Below the pieces are notes generated by a model. It worked only from the letters and a program-made list of their open reading frames with translations, was not told where the DNA came from and did no database searches. Of a DNA stretch of 64,000 nucleotides, positions 50,801 to 64,000 are shown piece after piece. Position 1 is the first letter of the stretch; each line of letters begins with the position of its first letter. The position numbers were made by a program, and so were the translations under genes. Source of the DNA: Antedon mediterranea. Lineage: Eukaryota > Animalia > Echinodermata. Where the stretch lies: assembly GCF_964355755.1 (NCBI RefSeq), contig NC_092680.1, positions 1,612,001-1,676,000 on the forward strand, written 5' to 3'.

Positions 50801-53541
50801 TATTTAATAGGTCGTTACATCTACATCGAATCTTCACAACCACGGAGGCCATTAGAAACGGCTGTTATCCGCAGTCCCACAATGGACGGCACTGCTACGG
50901 TACCATGCTTACAGTTCTGGTACCACATGTACGGAATGAACGTTGGCACGCTGACAGTGTTCAAAGAGGAGCCTGGGTTCGAACCGACACGGCTGTGGTG
51001 GAGAGGTGGTGATCAGGGCAACGAGTGGATCGAAGCTAAAATTAACATACCACCTTATTCATATTTCCAAGTAAGTCGACTCTTGTTCGGAAGATTCTTG
51101 TACGGAACATGTCTAGCGACAACACACAATGTTATTTAGAATATATATTATTGGTATTACCTCCGCCAGAGAGGTTATGGGGTCAATCGGGTGTTAGTTT
51201 TTTCTATATTTGTTAGTTATCAGAATTATCCAACAAGTTATTGCGACCAATTTTCGTAAGATTTTAAAGGATGGTTCCATAGTTGTATGGGAACACGTGA
51301 TTCAATTTTCATATGCCTAGGCAGAGGTTTGCTCTCCCTGAGTGCCCTTCTAGTTGAACTTGTAATCCTAATTTCCCCTATACCACTAATGTGCTATTAC
51401 GTTTATTTATTAAACCTGACCACTAAATGCATTTTATGACAGGTATCATTCGAAGCAAGTGTTGGGTCGCAGCATAGTGATATTGCATTAGATGATATAC
51501 GAGTATCTCCCCATCCCTGTGGTACACACCTTGCCACACCAACACCGGCGCAACAAATTGGTGAGGAGAAGTGTGATTTTGAAAACGGACCCGACGCATG
51601 TGGAATAGTACAGTTAGAAGATACGGACCAATTTGACTGGGAGTATTTTGATGCGAAACATCATTTTGGCATCACAGATTTGCCAAGTAAGTGAAATCTA
51701 GACATTGGTTAGTTGCTGTCTCATTCTGTTCATTGAGAGGTACCGGGTAGAAATGTTTTTATCGTGCCGAGGTGAAAGTTATATAGATAAATAATATGGA
51801 AAATGTCTGTGATTCTATTCTACTATCGGGGTGATATTGGCTTAATGTGTCCTCCTCACACAATTATATTTATTAATTTATGTTCTGTATATTGTATTGT
51901 GTGGAACAATAAACTTAAACTTGAATATACACATGTAAGCATTCACTACTGTAACATTGGTAAAGTTGGGTTTCGGTACATAATGTGTTACAAAAGATTA
52001 AGTGTGCTTTAGAATGTCTCGGCGTTCCATTTTGTTGATCCTACTAGCGTGTTCTGGAGAATGAAGTGAAGTGTTTCACTTTTATTCTTCTGTAAACACA
52101 TGGTGCCAACGTAACTTTACTGGTATTTATTTGCCTATCAAACCTCTAGTTAAATAACAAATCACTAACAATAGTTTCTAATTATTTTAAAGCAAATACG
52201 TCATACTTGTTCGTCAGTTCGGCTGGTGGCCGAGAAATTTATGAAATGGCCCAGATTGAGACGCCGATAATTATCAATGAGAAGCAGTCATGCATGTCAA
52301 TGGATTATATTTTACGATATGATCCGTCTCTCAAGATAATGATTTACAGTAATGAAGAAACTACAAGGAAGCATATATTTACAATAACAGGATCAGAATC
52401 GTACTACTGGAACAATACAATTATAGAAATTCCAAAGGCTCCTTTATTCTCCGTAAGTAGAAGTGGTAAAAAACTGATCTACCCCCGGTGCGTCTGGCAG
52501 CGCCCGGTTTTTTATGATATAAAATCATAAAATGACATCTTCATGACAGAGCTGTGTGTACTATCAAAATAGTTTGACAATAAAAAGTGTGATGTGGCCA
52601 AATATGGTAGTGATATGACATCATCATGTCCATATATGGACATTCTTAAGAATAGTAAGATGTTTCTCATTCCAGATTCTCATCGAAGCTGTTATTGGTG
52701 AAGAAGATCGTGGAATACTAGCAATTGATAATATCATGATAGATAGTAGTATTTGCACAGGGGGAGGAGATTCAGGTAATAGTTATTAGGGACCTTCTAT
52801 TTGCGACGGATTGTCTGAATATACAATCCATAAAAAATGTGTCAAGGAATCATGTGAGAGTGAATTAACATAACGTCCTCTAGTTTATATCATATCCTAC
52901 AGTAGTAGTTCCTAGATAATACTCAATCAATCAATGTTCGTCTGCTCTGTCTACACTATGATACTAGTGTAACAAAAAAATGTAATGTGCCCAAATATGG
53001 TGGTGATATGACATCATCATGTCCATATTATGAGCATATTACATTTTTTTGTCACACAATGTTGACAAGGTTTTAAAATATTTTATTTCTCAATAAAGCT
53101 TGGTTCCCACATGAACGCAGCGCAACCCAATGACAAGCGACAGTTCGAATAATTCATGTGATTGGTCAAATCCCTTACGTTGCGTTACGTCACGTCGTTG
53201 TGTTGCGTCTCTAGTGGAAACAACATCAAACTAATATCTGACTTTAAATAAGAACGCATTGTATTATCGTTTTTGTAGATGACGGTTCAGGCAGTGTTGT
53301 CTTCATCGTCGTCGGTGTTGTATTAGGAATCGTTGCCGTTTTCACTGTCGTCCTCAGTTTTTGGTTTTATAAGCGTCGACAGCAATCGTACGCATCAAAT
53401 GCCACTACTGGGATAACATCAGTGGGTTATAAGGAGACCACGAATGACGTGGCTGTGTTGGTAGCTTCCGAGATGAATGTCGACAACCCGCTGTACAACC
53501 AGCAAGGCAATGGTGCTTCTACTAATTCTTCAAAAGCATAA
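41354..53541 (+). CDS. Multi-MAM-domain type-I membrane protein (6 MAM, TM, NPxY; MALRD1/MAMDC4-like family), ~1152 aa
   Basis: 19 exons: 41354-41411 (signal peptide [18 protein letters not shown]), 43175-43360, 43710-43972, 44364-44451, 44942-45079, 45706-45968, 46398-46494, 47035-47199, 47380-47642, 48014-48101, 48395-48583, 49020-49291, 49732-49819, 50283-50456, 50811-51070, 51443-51686, 52193-52452, 52676-52775, 53279-53541. Repeated MAM motifs [64 protein letters not shown]; tail VDNPLY. Total 3459 nt in frame. Confidence 0.92.
44011..44186. mobile_element. Fold-back repeat with a Penelope-type minimal hammerhead-like motif
   Basis: Outer inverted arms (TATTAGTTCTGAAAAGAA / TTCTTTTCAGAACTAATA) and an inner palindrome; contains CTC-CTGAGGA-T-GATCAA-loop-TTGATC-GAAA-CGTC-GAG. 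Related fragments at ~46630-46680, 50080-50125 and 55680-55775. Confidence 0.55.
47750..47868. repeat. (GAT)n microsatellite in a MAM gene intron
   Basis: Long imperfect ATG/GAT trinucleotide run. Confidence 0.95.
48712..48860. mobile_element. MITE family C
   Basis: Imperfect inverted repeat ACTAGGCGA..TTCGCGCGAATC..GTCAGCTTATA / TATAAGCTGAC..GATTCGCGCGAA..TCGCCTAGT. Confidence 0.7.
51155..51355 (+). mobile_element. Helitron/Helentron-type non-autonomous element
   Basis: 5' TATTACCTCCGCCA..GAGGTTATG; 3' subterminal inverted copy GGCAGAGGT, short hairpin (GCTCTC/GAGTGC) and terminal CTAGT. Confidence 0.6.
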
Positions 53542-54269
53542 AATATCAATATTAAATAAATGTATATATGATTCAACTGATACTGATTCAAAATACTTAT
53601 ATAAACACAACTATGACGTAATAGGGGCCTACGTCAGAACATTTAACATTGAATTTACCATCGGTATAAAATAAAGAGTATTGTACATTTTTATTCTAGT
53701 CAAAATATAATTATAAAGTTTTGTATTCATGGATTTCAATGTTGATACATTTTTAGAATGTAACTATTCATTGATTTTGAATTATTATATTGAAGATGAT
53801 CGAATTTTAATTCTTTTTATAACTCTTCTCATTTTCTACTTTGAATTTATTTCGCTTTTTGTGTAAACTCGTCATTTTTAAAACTCTTTTGTTTCTTTGT
53901 TTTGTTACCGCGGTCCTTCTTTGACGAAATGAATGAAAGGAAATTAAAAAACGAAGCCTACTTAACCAATATTATTATTAAATTTCACAATTATTTAGCT
54001 TTGCAATTACATGGATCTTACAAAAAATGTTTTTTTATCTGTAAAAACGACTAAAAAAACCCCAAATCAACTTCCAATTTGAGTTTTATGGGCCCCTACA
54101 ATCTAATAATAAATATTGTAAATACACACATTATACATTATAACCATATAAAGTGTAAGCGTTTGATATTATGTTCAAAGGATTTAAACTTTTCTTCAAA
54201 TTAAATATCATAAAACTACAATTGTTGTTATTTATGTAACGTTTATTACAAGAAATAGTAGAAGAATTT

Positions 54270-54508
54270 CCCAAACAGAACGACCAGAATTGAGATCTAC
54301 TTCTCAATTAGGAGCCTACCTACATGAAAGTAAAACGACCCGTAGGAAGACCAAGAAATAACTGGATGAATCAAATAAAGAAAGGCTTACAAGGACTAGT
54401 AGACACTAACACAATAACAAACCATCCTGCCATAAACAGAAAAAAATGGAAAAATTGTGGAAAGCGTAATGTCGGAGACGGAAAACGTTAACAACAACAA
54501 CAACAACA
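54270..54508 (+). mobile_element. RTE-like LINE 3' end with (AAC)n tail
   Basis: Translation KVKRPVGRPRNNWMNQIKKGL...AINRKKWK, typical of RTE C-termini, followed by a short UTR and AACAACAACAACAAC. Confidence 0.65.
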
Positions 54509-55259
54509 TATCATATACAAAAGCAAACGAAACAGAATAATATAATAGAGGAACACGAAGAATAGAAAAAGTACCCCCTGAATAGGAAGATATTGGCGGG
54601 GTTCTAGTCTCAAATTATGTATGCAACTTTGAGGAACGTCTACCGTATTCTAAGTATGTAATACAAAAACTACATATTCAACAATGTTGTCGTTCACTTT
54701 TTCCAAACGAAAAATATATGCGAGTCTCTTTTTTTTTGTAAAGTGCCTTACACAGTACAGTTGGAGAAAATGGCAAAATCAGCACTGTGGTCATGTTACA
54801 AGAGTTGTCAAAACAATATATATTATCTGATAAAACTCCTAGAAAGTAGGAAGCCTTTTGCCATTTTCCCCCGACCAACTGTGTAATCCTGAAATATGAA
54901 GTTGAGAATTCGTACAGTACGCCCTCTATAAAAACCAACACTATTAACTAAATTGCTATTGCTAGGAAGCGTGTCAACAACTAGCTTGTAGAGCGAGACA
55001 TCGATACTCCGTCTAAAGTGGTCTGCAAATTCAAACAAATCGAACTCTTCTTGCAATCCATGGCTGATATATTCAACCTTTCACATCATTAAACATATTG
55101 TACACGCAGTATAGAAATTTAGTTGATGAACATCGCTGAGTTGAACGCCAAGTAGAAGGCCGTTCTGCTCGCAGGCAAAGTAAAAGCTTCGCTGCTAAGT
55201 TTGTACTTGTTTTGTTGTAGCCTACTCCGTCACGGTTACGGTAGACTAGGTAGTGAATA

Positions 55260-61847
<6,588 letters not shown>

Positions 61848-61922
61848 AACAGCAGTTTTCGACATGATATCCTTTCGTTTTAAAAGTAAGGGCAGAAAAT
61901 CATACACTACGGCCTATATGTA

Positions 61923-62071
61923 AAGCTCTGTCTACTCTAAATGACAAAAAAGTGTGATGTGCCCAAATATAGTAGTAATATGCCCAAATATGGTAGTGAT
62001 ATGAAATCATCATGTCCATATATGGGCACATCACATTTTTTGTCGCATAAAGTTGAGTTGAGACAGAGCTT
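61923..62071. mobile_element. MITE family A copy just after the CAMK4 stop
   Basis: AAGCTCTGTCT...AGACAGAGCTT with the family A core. Confidence 0.8.
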
Positions 62072-63207
62072 TAAAGGTTTCTTGTAAATGTCTACAACTC
62101 TATTCTTGAGTGGAAACTCAATAATTATACAGTAGTGTGAAGATGAATATTTAAAGGTCACTTTCAAAACTAGCTATTATTAATAATTTAATTATTAATT
62201 AATAATACAATTCCTTTCAACATTATTTTTAAAGGTTTGCATGGCAAATAAACACTAATAAAGTAAGGTTTACGGTACATCATGCATAAAAACAGAAACA
62301 TTTAAGTATATAATATGCTACCGTCTATAAAGATGTAGCACAACAATCAAACATCAAGACAATTGAGTTCATTTTGTTTCCTTTTTGAAATACATGGTGT
62401 ATCGCAAACCATACTTTATCTTTTAACACGTATTATTCTTAAAAGGACTTTTTTTTATTTTTAGCAAGTTTACACAGGATTATTTAACAATATTTATTAA
62501 TATTTAAATACTATTAATATTTAAACAGCATTATATAATGGTTTTTCATGTGTTTGTGAATCTATATATTTATTTTTATTATATTAAAAAAACTGCATAG
62601 TATAAAACAGCATTAATGGATTACTGAATTATATTTATGTTTTATACCCAATAGATATTTTAAAAAGGGTGGGTCACATTTTATTGTTTCTTTCTAAATC
62701 AAAATTACAGATTAGATGACATATAATAGTATAACTGATCTATTTTTAACATTTGAGGAGTAAAAACATATTTTTTTCACTCAATATCATTTGCCTTGTT
62801 GGGAATGGCCCATTCCAAAGGTTGGTGATGTCCGTAGAATTCAGGAGCAAATCCAGGATTTTTTTTTATTTGGGGAGGGCACCCTGCTGGTTCCACCCTC
62901 GGTATTCCATGTTGTATATTTTATTACGTATATAAAGCTTTCTTTCTAGAATTGTTAATGATTATTTAGTTTATATGTGAATTAAATATTTTAAATGATA
63001 CTGTTCTACAATTATGATTAAGATTAATTGTAGAACCTAAGTGTTTATTATGTATGTGTATGCTGTATATAATTTTATTTAATATGCTTTTTTTGTGTTG
63101 TTATATAAACAACGTATTTTATTAATTGGCTGATTGTTTTGATCTATTTTATTTTAATTCAAATAAAATATTTCAAGTTATTTTTTATCTTATTCATATT
63201 TTGTAAC

Positions 63208-63889
63208 CATAGTACAGGGATTTTTTCGAAAAAAGGCCAGAATATCCACTTTTAAAATTCAATAATTATGCAATAATATTGCCATATATGCACATATATG
63301 GTGTTATCATCATCTTAGAGAGCCACAGTAACTAGTTATGTCAAAAAATGAAAGGGTCGAAATTCGGACATTTTTCGAAAATATCCCTGTACTATAGTAC
63401 AGGGATTTTTTCGAAAAAAGGCCAGAATATCCACTTTTAAAATTCAATAATTATGCAATAATATTGCCATATATGCACATATATGGTGTTATCATCATCT
63501 TAGAGAGCCATAGTAACTAGTTATGTCAAAAAATGAAGGGTCGAAATACAGCCATTTTTCAAAAATATCCCTGTACTATAGTACAGGGATTTTTTCGAAA
63601 AAAAAGGCTAGAATATCCACTTTTAAAATTCAATAATTATGCAATAATATTCCCATATATGCACATATATGGTGTTATCATCATCTTAGAGAGCCATAGT
63701 AACTAGTTATGTCAAAAAATGAAGGGTCGAAATACAGCCATTTTTCGAAAATATCCCTGTACTATAGTACAGGGATTTTTTCGAAAAAAAAGGCCAGAAT
63801 ATCCACTTTTAAAATTCAATAATTATGCAATAATATTCCCATATATGCACATATATGGTGTTATCATCATCTTATAGAGCCATAGTAAC
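63208..63889. repeat. Tandem array (~3.6 x ~185 bp) of a TIR-bearing MITE
   Basis: Units start CAGGGATTTTTTCGAAAA at 63215, 63400, 63584 and 63770; the complete units end TTTTTC(G/A)AAAATATCCCTG and are separated by TACTATAGTA. Confidence 0.9.
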
Positions 63890-64000
63890 AATATACAAAA
63901 AGATCTTATGAATAGAGAGATTTTTTAAAATTAAATTTGTCAATTTTACCACAGTAACGTGAGTTGTAATCAATTTATTTCCACCAAAGCAATCTAACCA

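Overview
AT-rich, intron-containing animal genomic DNA. An echinoderm origin is inferred from the abundant TAGGCCTA motifs and P16-like genes but is not proven. Eight spliced protein-coding genes were reconstructed by hand from GT-AG junctions and reading frames. (i) 4.5-27.2 kb: four two-exon genes with one shared design, in which a phase-1 intron splits the signal peptide and the second exon encodes a low-complexity acidic/Ser/Gly-rich ectodomain, one C-terminal TM helix and a short tail. This matches the architecture of the sea-urchin P16 skeletogenic proteins. (ii) 30.3-35.4 kb (-): a five-exon secreted protein whose second intron holds a young, internally deleted gypsy-type LTR element (two apparently identical 1098-bp LTRs, CTTG target duplication, tRNA-Leu PBS). 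(iii) PHAX. (iv) A 19-exon, ~1152-aa type-I membrane protein with six MAM domains and an NPxY tail. (v) A CaMKIV-like kinase. The remainder holds several MITE families, tRNA-derived SINEs, RTE-like LINE 3' ends, a Helentron-like element, a fold-back repeat with a minimal hammerhead-like motif, and a satellite built from tandem MITE copies. All coordinates were counted by eye and no database search was run.
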